Of a DNA stretch of 50,489 nucleotides, positions 1-8,511 are shown one piece after another (position 1 is the first letter of the stretch; every line of letters begins with the position of its first letter). The notes under the pieces were generated by a model. It saw only the letters and a program-made list of their open reading frames with translations. It made no database searches and had not been told where the DNA came from. This DNA comes from Nitrospirota bacterium (GTDB taxonomy: Bacteria; Nitrospirota; UBA9217): positions 1 through 50,489 of the forward strand of contig JAOUEV010000021.1 in NCBI GenBank assembly GCA_029858565.1, given 5' to 3'. Position numbers and translations under genes: made by a program.

Positions 1-360
1 ATAAAAAACCGGCACATCACCATACTGTCCTCTGATACGGTTTTCAGCCGCCTCATTCCAGCTTATCCCGGTGATAGATGTAACGAGATCAATGCGCAAA
101 GGAGGATGGCCGAGCTGTACAACCTTGCCCGCAAGTGAAACATCCTCAAGCGTGAGACCGAGTGAGCCAAAACCGAAATCATTGAGCGCCTGGAGAATTT
201 TATTGCCGTTCTCTTCATCAGGCCGAACGAATATATCAAGATCACCGGTATATCGCGGAGAGCCATGGAATGCAAGCGCGTGCGCACCAACTATCATATA
301 GTCGACTTCACGCGCGTTGAATAACGCGAGCAATTCTTTGAAGTCTTTGTTCGCTTCCAT
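1..360 (-). CDS. Nucleotidyltransferase-family protein (minimal NTase/DUF6036-like), 3' end runs off window
   Basis: Not in ORF track. Manual translation from ATG at 360: MEANKDFKELLALFNAREVDYMIVGAHALAFHGSPRYTGDLDIFVRP..., with the G-A-x-A and R-x-T-x-D-L-D nucleotidyltransferase motifs. Open to the window edge. Confidence 0.8.
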   Translation of the reverse strand, partial: MEANKDFKELLALFNAREVDYMIVGAHALAFHGSPRYTGDLDIFVRPDEENGNKILQALNDFGFGSLGLTLEDVSLAGKVVQLGHPPLRIDLVTSITGISWNEAAENRIRGQYGDVPVFY

Positions 361-490
361 GGCGCTCCTTCCTGAGTCGTTCGACCGCACTGACGCGCTC
401 CTCTGGCGGACGGGACAGCCAGTAGGTCAGGTTTTCCTTGATCTCGGATAGGTCCTGGAGGTTCCCTTTATGTATTATCTTCTGAATCAT
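308..490 (-). CDS. Small hypothetical protein (60 aa), partner of the nucleotidyltransferase
   Basis: Starts 1 nt after the purL stop and overlaps the NTase start. Contains YWLSRPPEERVSAVERLR, the kind of motif seen in small proteins upstream of such NTases. Confidence 0.6.
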   Translation of the reverse strand: MIQKIIHKGNLQDLSEIKENLTYWLSRPPEERVSAVERLRKERHGSEQRLQRIARVIQRA

Positions 491-491
491 G

Positions 492-3400
492 TTATTTCTT
501 CTCGCACCACTCCCTGGCGTTCTGGAACATCCTGAGCCACGGCGATACGGTATGCGCCCGCCTCATCTGTTCGGGCATCCAGCCCCACTGCCAGGGAAGG
601 ATCGCCCGCTCCGGATGGGGCATCATGGCGAGATGCCTGCCGTCGGGCGAACAGAGCCCGGCGATCCCCGCGGGCGAGCCGTTCGGGTTGAACGGATAGG
701 ATTCGGTGATGTTCGAACTGTCGTCAACGTACCTGACCGGCGCCAGTTCTGCCTCGGCCTTGCTGAACATTCCCTTGTCCGGGAAATAGGCAAGACCCTC
801 GCCGTGGGCGACCCAGATCCCGAGCACCGCGTTCTCCATGTTGCTGAACATGATGGCCGGGCTCTTGACGATCTTGACGGTGGAGAAGCGCGATTCGAAC
901 CTGCCCGATCTGTTATGGATGAAGCGCGGCTGCAGCTCGTCGCTGATCCCGCGCCAGGGCACCCAGCCAAGGAGCGCCATGAGCTGACAGCCGTTGCACA
1001 CGCCGAGGCTGAAGGTGTCCGGACGGTTGTAGAACCGCTCGAACTGTTCCCATACCTGCTTGTTGAACCGGATGCTCGCTGCCCACCCTTTTGCCGAGTC
1101 GAGCACGTCCGCGTAGCTGAACCCGCCGACAAAGACCACGCCGCGGAAGCTGTCCAGGGTGATGCGGCCGGTCAGCAGATCGGTCATCATCACATCCCAG
1201 GGTTCGAACCCGGCAAGATAGAACGCCGAGGTCATCTCGCGGTCGCCGTTCGAACCTTCCTCGCGGATGATCGCGACCTTCGGCTTCCCTGTCCGCTCCA
1301 GGAGCTCGGCGTCCGTGGGCTTCGGGGTAAAGGGAACAACAAAGGTCGGTCCTTTGCGGTCGTAGCTGTTCTTCCGCTCCTCGCGGATGCAGTCGGGATT
1401 GCGCTGGAACAGATCGAGCTTGTGGCTCGTCTCCTCCCAGATATCCCGGAGCAGGAGCATGTCCTCATCAAGCACGCTTTTCCAGCCGAAGCAGAGCTTG
1501 ATCCGCTTTTCCTGCTGCGACTTGCCGATCTCGTAATAGGGTACTCCCGCTTTTTTCAGGATGTCGAATATCACTGCCTCGTTCTCAGGCTGATACTCGA
1601 TCACCAGGCCTGCTTCCTCGGAAAAGAGCGCTGACAGGGGGTCTGAGGTATGGGCGTCCTCCGCGGGGATGTTCACGTCAAGACCACAGTTGCCGGAGAA
1701 GGCCATCTCGAGCAGCGTGGTCACAAGTCCGCCGTCCGAGCGGTCATGTCCGGCAAGGACCAGCCGCTGTTTCACCAGCTCCTGCACGGCATTGAATCCC
1801 CGCTTCAGGAGATCAGCGTCATCTATGTCCGGACTCTCGTTCCCCACCTGGCCGAAGACCTGTGCAAGCGCTGACGCGCCAAGACGGTTCTTGCCGCCCG
1901 AAAGATCAATGAACAGCAGCTTGCCCCATCCCGGCATCTTGAGGTCCGGGGTCACGGTCCTGGTGATATCCGGACAGGTGACATAGGCCGAGATCACCAG
2001 CGTGCCCGGCGACTTCACGGTCTCCGACGTGCCGTCGGGATTGGTCACTTTCGCGGCCATGGAAAGGCTGTCCTTGCCGCCGTCGATCGCCATGCCCAGG
2101 GAGATCATGAGGTCCCGCATGGCAACGGCCGCGTCATAGAGTCTCGCGCCTTCACCCGGCAATTTGGGCGCCCACATCCAGTTGCCCGAGCAGCGGATGT
2201 CCGCAAGTCCGCTCGTTTCCGCCCAGACAATGTTCGTGAGCGCTTCAGCAACGCTCATGCGCGCCATGGCAGCAGGCGAGATCAGCTCCTTCACCGGCTG
2301 CTCGCCGATGGAGCAGGCAGCGCCGGTCGTGCCGAAGTGGGATTGCGCTATCACCGCAACGTCGGACACCGTAAGCTGCAAAGGACCGGCGCACTGCTGC
2401 CGGGCTATCAGGCCGGTCACGGACCGGTCCACCTTGTTCACCAGGAACCGTTTGGACCCCACGGACAGAAGCCGCAGCACGCGATCGAGCGCCGAACGGA
2501 TCGTCAGGTCTTTCGGCAATGTAAGCGGCGGGAGCTGGTCTTTCTTCCGGTCGAGCTTGAAGGTCTTCTGCGGCATGTCGCCCAGGACCTTGGCAAGATC
2601 GAGGTTCACCGGCGTGGTGCCGTCGGACTCGTCGTGCAGCACCACATATCCGTCGCCGGTGATGTGGCCGACAAAAGCGACCGGCACCTTCTCGCGCTTG
2701 CACAGGTCCTCGAAGATCTGCGCGTCATTGGACCTGAGCAGCAATGCATTCTGTTCCTGATATTCAGCGCCCCAGATCTCGAGCACCGACAGGGTCTCGT
2801 CGCCGACCGGGATCTTCCTGATCTCGAGCCGCGCGCCTGCAGGGTGGACGATCTCCTTCAGCACGTTGCAGTTCCCGCCTGCTCCCTGGTCATGGATGCT
2901 CACGATGGGATTGCGGTCCCCGAGCTCGGAGCAGGCGCGGATCACCCGGTTCAGTTTCTGCTCCATTTCCGCGTCCCCGCGCTGCACCGCGTTGAAATCC
3001 AGCTCCGCGATGTTCTCGCCCTGGATCATGGACGAGGCCGCGCCGCCGCCCATGCCGATGCGGTACGCGGGACCGCCGACCTTCACGACCAGCATGCCCT
3101 TGTCCGGCTCGGATTTGGAACGGTGCAGGTTGTCCATCTGGCCGATGCCGCCGGAGAACATGATCGGCTTGATCCACTCGCGCCGCTCGCCGGTCGGCAG
3201 CCGCAGACCAAAGGACCTGGTGAATCCCTGGATCATGGGTTCGCCGAACTTGTTGCCGTAATCCGACGCGCCGCTGCTGGCGTCGATCTCGATCTGGAGC
3301 GGAGTCGCAAGGTTGGACGGATAGAGGAACGACGCGTCTTCCCAGGGAAGTTCGTACCCCGGGATGCGGAGATTGCCCACGCAGTAGGCCGCGGTGCCGG

Positions 3401-4442
3401 CGACCACGAGGCCCGCGGTGCCCGTTGCCTGCACGTCGCGGATGCGTCCGCCCGTGCCGGTCTCGGCTCCCGGAAAAGGCGCGACACCGGACGGGAAGTT
3501 ATGGGTTTCGGCGGTGAAAATGATATCGTAGGTCCGCCTGGTCTCGCGGAATGCCGAAGGTCTGCCGATCTGCTCGGGAACGATGGTCGTTATCTGATGC
3601 CCCTTGATGGAGCTCGAGTTGTCGCTGAAGGCGATGATGCTGTTGTTCCTGTTCGCTTCCCAGGTGGCTTTCACGATCTTGAAGAGCGTGTCCGGCACTT
3701 CCCTGTTGTCAACGATCAGTTTGCCGCGGAAGAACCAGTGGCGCGAGTGTTCGCTGTTGGACTGGGAAAGGTCAAAACACTCGACGTTGGTCGGGTTCCG
3801 CTTGATGTCCTTCACGAACAGGTTGGTGTAATAGTCCAGGTCCCAGTCGTCCATGCCCAGGCCCATCTCGCGGTTGATCTTCTCCAGCGCCGTCCTTCCC
3901 TCTTCCATAAGCGGTATGGTCTTGACCGGTTCGGGCTTGATGCCGGTCTCGAAGGTCTTGAGCGCTTCGGGATAGGGGCACTCGGTCATCCGATCGTGGA
4001 CCAGGCTGAGGAACGTTTTCTGCTGTTCATTGGTGAGCGATGTTTTTTCCGCGAGTTCGAGACGATACCTGCGGGACCGCTCGATACGCATGATCTTGGC
4101 AAGACCGCAAGCCTGGCACACGGAGACCGCGTTCGCTGACCAGGCGGTCGTGAAGTTCATGCGGGGACCGACCTCAAGAATCGAGTGCGGAGCGCGGAGT
4201 GCGGAGTGCGAAATGAGGAACGATGCTTCGGAGAACTGGCTCGGTTCGAAGGTCTCGGCCAGGAGCCAGCGGAGCAGCCGGGATTCTTCGGCGGTGAGCG
4301 GCGATGTCGAAGCGATGTTGTAGCAGAACTCGGTCGTGATCGCGGCGAGGTCCCGGGAGACCCGCTCCTTCACGGTCTCGAGAAGCGCGGAAGTCTGGAA
4401 CGAGGAGAGTGCCGGTGTGCGAAAGAGATGAAATAGGACCAT
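492..4442 (-). CDS. purL: Phosphoribosylformylglycinamidine synthase, large single-chain form (~1316 aa)
   Basis: SNSEHSRH, AETHNFP, GAETGTGGRIRD, HDQGAGG, GHDRSDGG; glutaminase domain GVCNGCQ, AHGEG, MMPHPER. Start moved to ATG 4442 (MVLFHLFR). Confidence 0.96.
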   Translation of the reverse strand: MVLFHLFRTPALSSFQTSALLETVKERVSRDLAAITTEFCYNIASTSPLTAEESRLLRWLLAETFEPSQFSEASFLISHSALRAPHSILEVGPRMNFTTAWSANAVSVCQACGLAKIMRIERSRRYRLELAEKTSLTNEQQKTFLSLVHDRMTECPYPEALKTFETGIKPEPVKTIPLMEEGRTALEKINREMGLGMDDWDLDYYTNLFVKDIKRNPTNVECFDLSQSNSEHSRHWFFRGKLIVDNREVPDTLFKIVKATWEANRNNSIIAFSDNSSSIKGHQITTIVPEQIGRPSAFRETRRTYDIIFTAETHNFPSGVAPFPGAETGTGGRIRDVQATGTAGLVVAGTAAYCVGNLRIPGYELPWEDASFLYPSNLATPLQIEIDASSGASDYGNKFGEPMIQGFTRSFGLRLPTGERREWIKPIMFSGGIGQMDNLHRSKSEPDKGMLVVKVGGPAYRIGMGGGAASSMIQGENIAELDFNAVQRGDAEMEQKLNRVIRACSELGDRNPIVSIHDQGAGGNCNVLKEIVHPAGARLEIRKIPVGDETLSVLEIWGAEYQEQNALLLRSNDAQIFEDLCKREKVPVAFVGHITGDGYVVLHDESDGTTPVNLDLAKVLGDMPQKTFKLDRKKDQLPPLTLPKDLTIRSALDRVLRLLSVGSKRFLVNKVDRSVTGLIARQQCAGPLQLTVSDVAVIAQSHFGTTGAACSIGEQPVKELISPAAMARMSVAEALTNIVWAETSGLADIRCSGNWMWAPKLPGEGARLYDAAVAMRDLMISLGMAIDGGKDSLSMAAKVTNPDGTSETVKSPGTLVISAYVTCPDITRTVTPDLKMPGWGKLLFIDLSGGKNRLGASALAQVFGQVGNESPDIDDADLLKRGFNAVQELVKQRLVLAGHDRSDGGLVTTLLEMAFSGNCGLDVNIPAEDAHTSDPLSALFSEEAGLVIEYQPENEAVIFDILKKAGVPYYEIGKSQQEKRIKLCFGWKSVLDEDMLLLRDIWEETSHKLDLFQRNPDCIREERKNSYDRKGPTFVVPFTPKPTDAELLERTGKPKVAIIREEGSNGDREMTSAFYLAGFEPWDVMMTDLLTGRITLDSFRGVVFVGGFSYADVLDSAKGWAASIRFNKQVWEQFERFYNRPDTFSLGVCNGCQLMALLGWVPWRGISDELQPRFIHNRSGRFESRFSTVKIVKSPAIMFSNMENAVLGIWVAHGEGLAYFPDKGMFSKAEAELAPVRYVDDSSNITESYPFNPNGSPAGIAGLCSPDGRHLAMMPHPERAILPWQWGWMPEQMRRAHTVSPWLRMFQNAREWCEKK
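4183..4217 (+). repeat. Heptamer tandem repeat (GAGTGCG-type, ~5 units) inside purL
   Basis: gagtgcg gagcgcg gagtgcg gagtgcg aaatgag; 16 nt identical to intergenic copy at 41538. Confidence 0.7.
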
Positions 4443-4604
4443 ATTCGTCTGAAAAGATTCCTTCGGGGAAATTGTTCTCCGGCGCGACCCTGGCCCTGTC
4501 GGGCGTTCCACTGTTATCCGGCGACGCGACGGGGGCAAGGCTTCTGCCGCTCAGCAGGGACGGCACTAACGCGCTCAAGCATATCTTGATCCGGCGTCGG
4601 GTAA

Positions 4605-5006
4605 TTACTGCCGGTCGGACAGCGACACGACCTTCTGCTCCGAGGCCTTTTTCTCGCCGGCCATCTCGCATTTGCCGTCGAAGGTCACGCCTTCCTCGAT
4701 GATCAGCTTGGGGGTCTTGATGGTTCCCTCGACCACCGCCGGCGCGAGCAGGTGGACCTTCTGTGCCGCGATGATGTTGCCTGCGACCTTGCCGCTGGAG
4801 ATGAGCGTGCCCACGGAAATATCGCCGTGCAGGCTGGCCTCGTCTCCGGCGATCAGCGTGTCCTTGGAAAGGATCTCGCCCTCGATCTTGCCGTCAACGC
4901 GGATCGTTCCGCCGAAGCTCAGCACGCCCTTGAACTCGGTCCCCTTTCCGAGGAACGCCGTGATCTCGGCATGCTCCGCGGAAACACCTGTTGTCTTCTT
5001 TAACAT
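4605..5006 (-). CDS. Bactofilin (polymer-forming cytoskeletal protein)
   Basis: FLGKGTEFKGVLSFGGTIRVDGKIEG...IIEEGVTFDGKCEM beta-helix signature. Confidence 0.92.
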   Translation of the reverse strand: MLKKTTGVSAEHAEITAFLGKGTEFKGVLSFGGTIRVDGKIEGEILSKDTLIAGDEASLHGDISVGTLISSGKVAGNIIAAQKVHLLAPAVVEGTIKTPKLIIEEGVTFDGKCEMAGEKKASEQKVVSLSDRQ

Positions 5007-5023
5007 GAACTCCTCCTCAATAT

Positions 5024-5875
5024 TTATCCGATCTTCTCCAGGATCCGCTCCAGTTCGTCTGCGGAATAATACTCGATCACGATCCTCCCGCCTTTGGCCT
5101 TTGCCTCGACGCTTACCTTGGTGCCGAGCGACTTTCTGAGCCGCTCTTCGACCGCCTTGTATTCCGATCCCGGGGCAGGTTTCTTTTTCTTTTCATCAGC
5201 CGGATGCTTGAGCTTTGCGGCCAGCGCTTCGGCCTCGCGAACGGACAGTCCTTTCTTCACGATCGCGTTCGCCGCAGCGAGCTGGTCCCGGTGGCGTTCA
5301 AGCGACAGGAGCGCCTTGGCATGTCCCAGAGAGATCGCGCCCGATGCCAGGTGCTGCTTGATCTCCTTGGGCAGGCCGAGGATCCGGAGGAAGTTCGTGA
5401 TCGTGGAGCGTTCCTTGCCGACCCGCTTTGCCAGGTCCTCCTGGGTGAGCTTGAACTCGTCCTGCAGGCGCTTGAACGCCTCGGCCGCTTCCAGGGGATT
5501 CAGGTCCTCGCGCTGGATGTTCTCGATCAGCGCCTGCTCGATCAGCTCACGCTTGCTCGCTTCGCGCACCAGGGCGGGGATGGTCTTCAAACCCGCGAGC
5601 CCTGTCGCCCGCCACCGCCGCTCGCCGGCGATCAGTCCGTAGTTCGATCCGATGCGGTGCACGATGATCGGCTGGATCACGCCCTGCTCTTTTATGGACG
5701 CGGCAAGTTCCTTGAGCTTGTCGTCGTTGAAGGTCTTCCGGGGCTGGAACTCGTTCGGAACGATCTTGTCCAGCTCGATCTCCATGATCCCGAGGGATTT
5801 CTTTTCTTTTTCCCCGAGCACCGAAAGGTCCGGGATCAGGGCGCCAAGCCCTTTACCGAGCGCCTGCTTTTGCAT
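5024..5875 (-). CDS. parB: Chromosome partitioning protein ParB/Spo0J
   Basis: [11 protein letters not shown]-terminus, [32 protein letters not shown]. Confidence 0.96.
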   Translation of the reverse strand: MQKQALGKGLGALIPDLSVLGEKEKKSLGIMEIELDKIVPNEFQPRKTFNDDKLKELAASIKEQGVIQPIIVHRIGSNYGLIAGERRWRATGLAGLKTIPALVREASKRELIEQALIENIQREDLNPLEAAEAFKRLQDEFKLTQEDLAKRVGKERSTITNFLRILGLPKEIKQHLASGAISLGHAKALLSLERHRDQLAAANAIVKKGLSVREAEALAAKLKHPADEKKKKPAPGSEYKAVEERLRKSLGTKVSVEAKAKGGRIVIEYYSADELERILEKIG

Positions 5876-6629
5876 GGCTCAATACCTCTTTTGCAAGATC
5901 AAGATAGCTCTGGGCGCCGCGCGACCGGATATCGTACAGCAGCACCGGCTTGCCGTGGCTCGGCGCTTCGCTCAAGGTGACGTTCCGGTTGATCACGGTC
6001 TTGTACACCTTGCTGCCGAAATACTTTCGCACTTCTTCCGCCACCTGTTCGGCAAGATTGTTCCTGCCGTCGAACATGGTGAGCAGCACACCCTCGACCT
6101 GGAGCCCGGGATTCAGGTCCTGTTTGATCAGCTTCACCGTGTTCATGAGCGCGGACAATCCTTCGAGCGCGTAGAACTCACACTGCACCGGTATCAGCAC
6201 GCCGTCAGCCGCGGTCAAGGCATTCACGGTCAGGAGCCCGAGCGACGGCGGACAGTCAATGAAGATATAGTCATACTGGTCGCGGAAGGACTCGATGGCT
6301 TTTTTCAAAACCCGCTCGCGGGCGATCATCTGGATCAGTTCGACCTCAACTCCGACCAGATCGATCTTTGCCGGGACCACGTCGAGCCAGGTGAAATGGG
6401 TGGTGTGCTTGATCTCCCCAAGGGACCGTTTGCCCGTAAAAAGGTCGTAGGTGCTGCCCGTTGCCTGGATCTTGTCGATCCCCATGCCGCTTGACGAGTT
6501 TCCCTGGGGATCGGCGTCGATCAGCAGCACCTTCTTCTCAGCAGCCGCGAGCGAGGCAGCTATGTTCACGGCAGTGGTCGTTTTCCCGACCCCGCCCTTC
6601 TGGTTTGCTATGGCAATGACCTTGCCCAT
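5853..6629 (-). CDS. parA: Chromosome partitioning ATPase ParA/Soj
   Basis: [42 protein letters not shown]. Confidence 0.96.
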   Translation of the reverse strand: MGKVIAIANQKGGVGKTTTAVNIAASLAAAEKKVLLIDADPQGNSSSGMGIDKIQATGSTYDLFTGKRSLGEIKHTTHFTWLDVVPAKIDLVGVEVELIQMIARERVLKKAIESFRDQYDYIFIDCPPSLGLLTVNALTAADGVLIPVQCEFYALEGLSALMNTVKLIKQDLNPGLQVEGVLLTMFDGRNNLAEQVAEEVRKYFGSKVYKTVINRNVTLSEAPSHGKPVLLYDIRSRGAQSYLDLAKEVLSHAKAGAR

Positions 6630-6709
6630 CTATCCTCCGATGTCGTTGAAAGCCGGACTACTTTACCATAGGAAAGGTGCAAAGAAAAGAAGAAAGTCGG
6701 CGGTTGAAT

Positions 6710-6725
6710 TGTTCCACGTGGAACA
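6710..6725. promoter_or_regulatory. parS centromere-like site
   Basis: Perfect palindrome TGTTCCACGTGGAACA matching parS consensus TGTTNCACGTGNAACA, upstream of parA. Confidence 0.9.
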
Positions 6726-7796
6726 TCACCATTGCCCGATCTCCGCTCCCGCGGGATTTACCCGGAGAGAGCCGAAGGAGAGATTGCGGACCGCTGCCGG
6801 GTCCTTGAGCGGCGTGACCACGCGCAGTATCTGTTCCTTAAGATCCATGTCCCGTATGATCCCCATGTCGAGACAGTAATTGCGATCATCGTTCAGCCCG
6901 ATCAGCAGGTAGTCGAGTTCCGATTTTTTCAGCACCGTGACCTCGCGAACACCGTACTGCTCCTTTGCTGTGTACAGCTCATCCATTGCGTATTCACCTT
7001 CAGTGACCACAAAGAGCCGGTCCGCGGAAAGTTCCGCATGTACCACGATGCTCTGCAGGATCTTGGACAGCCGGTTCACATCGCGGAACCCCAGCCTCTC
7101 GCCCGTCCCCAGGCCGGGTCCATGGATGCCCACATCGGAAAGCGCGATATCCAGATAATCAGCGCCGCGGAAATACTCCTTGAACCTCTGTTCGCGAATT
7201 GCTTTTCGCGCCTCTGTTGTCGATATCTTTGCGTCCTGAGAGACCGGCAGCCTCTGAATAAGAACGCCTGCGCGCTGGGACAGCGGTGCGACCAGATGTT
7301 CTACCTCGCTCTTTTGCTGGATCGCCACAACATACCGGGGAGCGATCATATCGATCTCGTGATACTTCAGCTCCCTGCCTGCACCGCCGCTCACGAGTCC
7401 GCAGGTGTTGATGATCACAAGGTCCGGCCCCAGGGTCATGGCCCTGTTATAAAGTTTCTGGATCGAGGAGATCGCCTCAAGCAAATGACCGACCGGGCTG
7501 GTGTTGCCAATAAAACCCATGACCAGCGGCTTCTTTCTCTTTAAAAGCTCCGCTGCATCGGTGTAAAGGCCCAGAGAATAGGCTGCCGGCGGGCCAAGGA
7601 ACGGTTGACCGGGATCTGCGTCGATCCAGGCTACCCGACGGGCCCTGCGACAGAAGTATCCGGCAAGATAGACGCAAAAGGTGGTCTTGCCGGATCCGGG
7701 CGCGCCGATGACCATGACCGGCCCGCCGCCGGCCGCGATCTCCTCTGCAGCCTCCCGCCATTCAGCAGGTATATGAAAAGTTGATTCCGGCATCAT
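6726..7796 (-). CDS. Clp1/Grc3-family polynucleotide 5'-hydroxyl kinase
   Basis: Walker A GAPGSGKT, WIDADPGQ (DxGQ), INTCG, lid RKAIREQRFKEYF. Confidence 0.82.
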   Translation of the reverse strand: MMPESTFHIPAEWREAAEEIAAGGGPVMVIGAPGSGKTTFCVYLAGYFCRRARRVAWIDADPGQPFLGPPAAYSLGLYTDAAELLKRKKPLVMGFIGNTSPVGHLLEAISSIQKLYNRAMTLGPDLVIINTCGLVSGGAGRELKYHEIDMIAPRYVVAIQQKSEVEHLVAPLSQRAGVLIQRLPVSQDAKISTTEARKAIREQRFKEYFRGADYLDIALSDVGIHGPGLGTGERLGFRDVNRLSKILQSIVVHAELSADRLFVVTEGEYAMDELYTAKEQYGVREVTVLKKSELDYLLIGLNDDRNYCLDMGIIRDMDLKEQILRVVTPLKDPAAVRNLSFGSLRVNPAGAEIGQW

Positions 7797-7849
7797 AATA
7801 AGTCTATCTGTGGCACTGAGGACGCTTACGCTTAAGTCCGCAAAAGGAA

Positions 7850-7865
7850 TGTTCCACGTGGAACA
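7850..7865. promoter_or_regulatory. parS centromere-like site
   Basis: Second identical TGTTCCACGTGGAACA (extends to 20-bp palindrome AATGTTCCACGTGGAACATT), abutting the rsmG stop. Confidence 0.9.
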
Positions 7866-8510
7866 TTACGACTTCTTCCTGAAAACCCAGATGGTCCTGC
7901 GGTAATCGGAAAAAGGAAGCACCAGCTCGGTCCGAGACTCCCTGATCATTCCGAAGGAATCTACTATATCATCTGCAATCGTTTCCTCTGGTCCCCTGCT
8001 CAGCACCATCAGGCCGCCGGGCTTCAGGAATCTTCTGCCTTCATGCAAGGCCGAGGGCATATCGGAAAAAGCCCGGGCTGTCACAACATCATACTGTTCA
8101 ACATAGGACGCCGGCAGACCATCAGTTCTTTTGTCCGCGACCTCGGCGTTCTGCAGTCGCAACATGCGGACCATGTGCCTCAGAAAGGCCGCCTTTTTTT
8201 GCACTGACTCGACCATGGTAACTGCAAGACCGGGAATGGCGATCTTGAGCGGCAGGGCCGGGAATCCTGGTCCTGACCCCATGTCCAGCAGCCTTGTTCC
8301 TGCGCTGGGTTCAAATCCTTTCAAGTAGGAAAAGGAGTCTAAGAAATGCTTGATAACGATATCCTGCTCTCCCTTGATGGAGGTCAGGCTGATCTTGCGA
8401 TTCCATTTTTCCAGCTCGACCAGGTAGAAAAGGAACTGATCAACCTGTTCATCGGTCAGGTCAAGACCAAAGGTCTTAGCACCATCGGTCAGTTTGCGCC
8501 GGAGCGTCAT
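7866..8510 (-). CDS. rsmG: 16S rRNA m7G527 methyltransferase GidB
   Basis: KWNRKISLT, KHFLDS, LDMGSGPGFP, KKAAFL, VTARAF. Start moved to ATG 8510, just after the mnmG stop. Confidence 0.93.
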   Translation of the reverse strand: MTLRRKLTDGAKTFGLDLTDEQVDQFLFYLVELEKWNRKISLTSIKGEQDIVIKHFLDSFSYLKGFEPSAGTRLLDMGSGPGFPALPLKIAIPGLAVTMVESVQKKAAFLRHMVRMLRLQNAEVADKRTDGLPASYVEQYDVVTARAFSDMPSALHEGRRFLKPGGLMVLSRGPEETIADDIVDSFGMIRESRTELVLPFSDYRRTIWVFRKKS

Positions 8511-8511
8511 G

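Noticed and set aside
489-4139. Long plus-strand ORFs (381 aa, 600 aa) and similar ones opposite parAB, gyrB, porA, the activator/kinase and Lon
   Set aside because: Antisense shadows of GC-rich genes with no recognisable motifs.
4443-4604. GC-rich purL leader as a possible ZTP or PRPP riboswitch
   Set aside because: Could not match the conserved cores by eye; an Rfam scan would decide.
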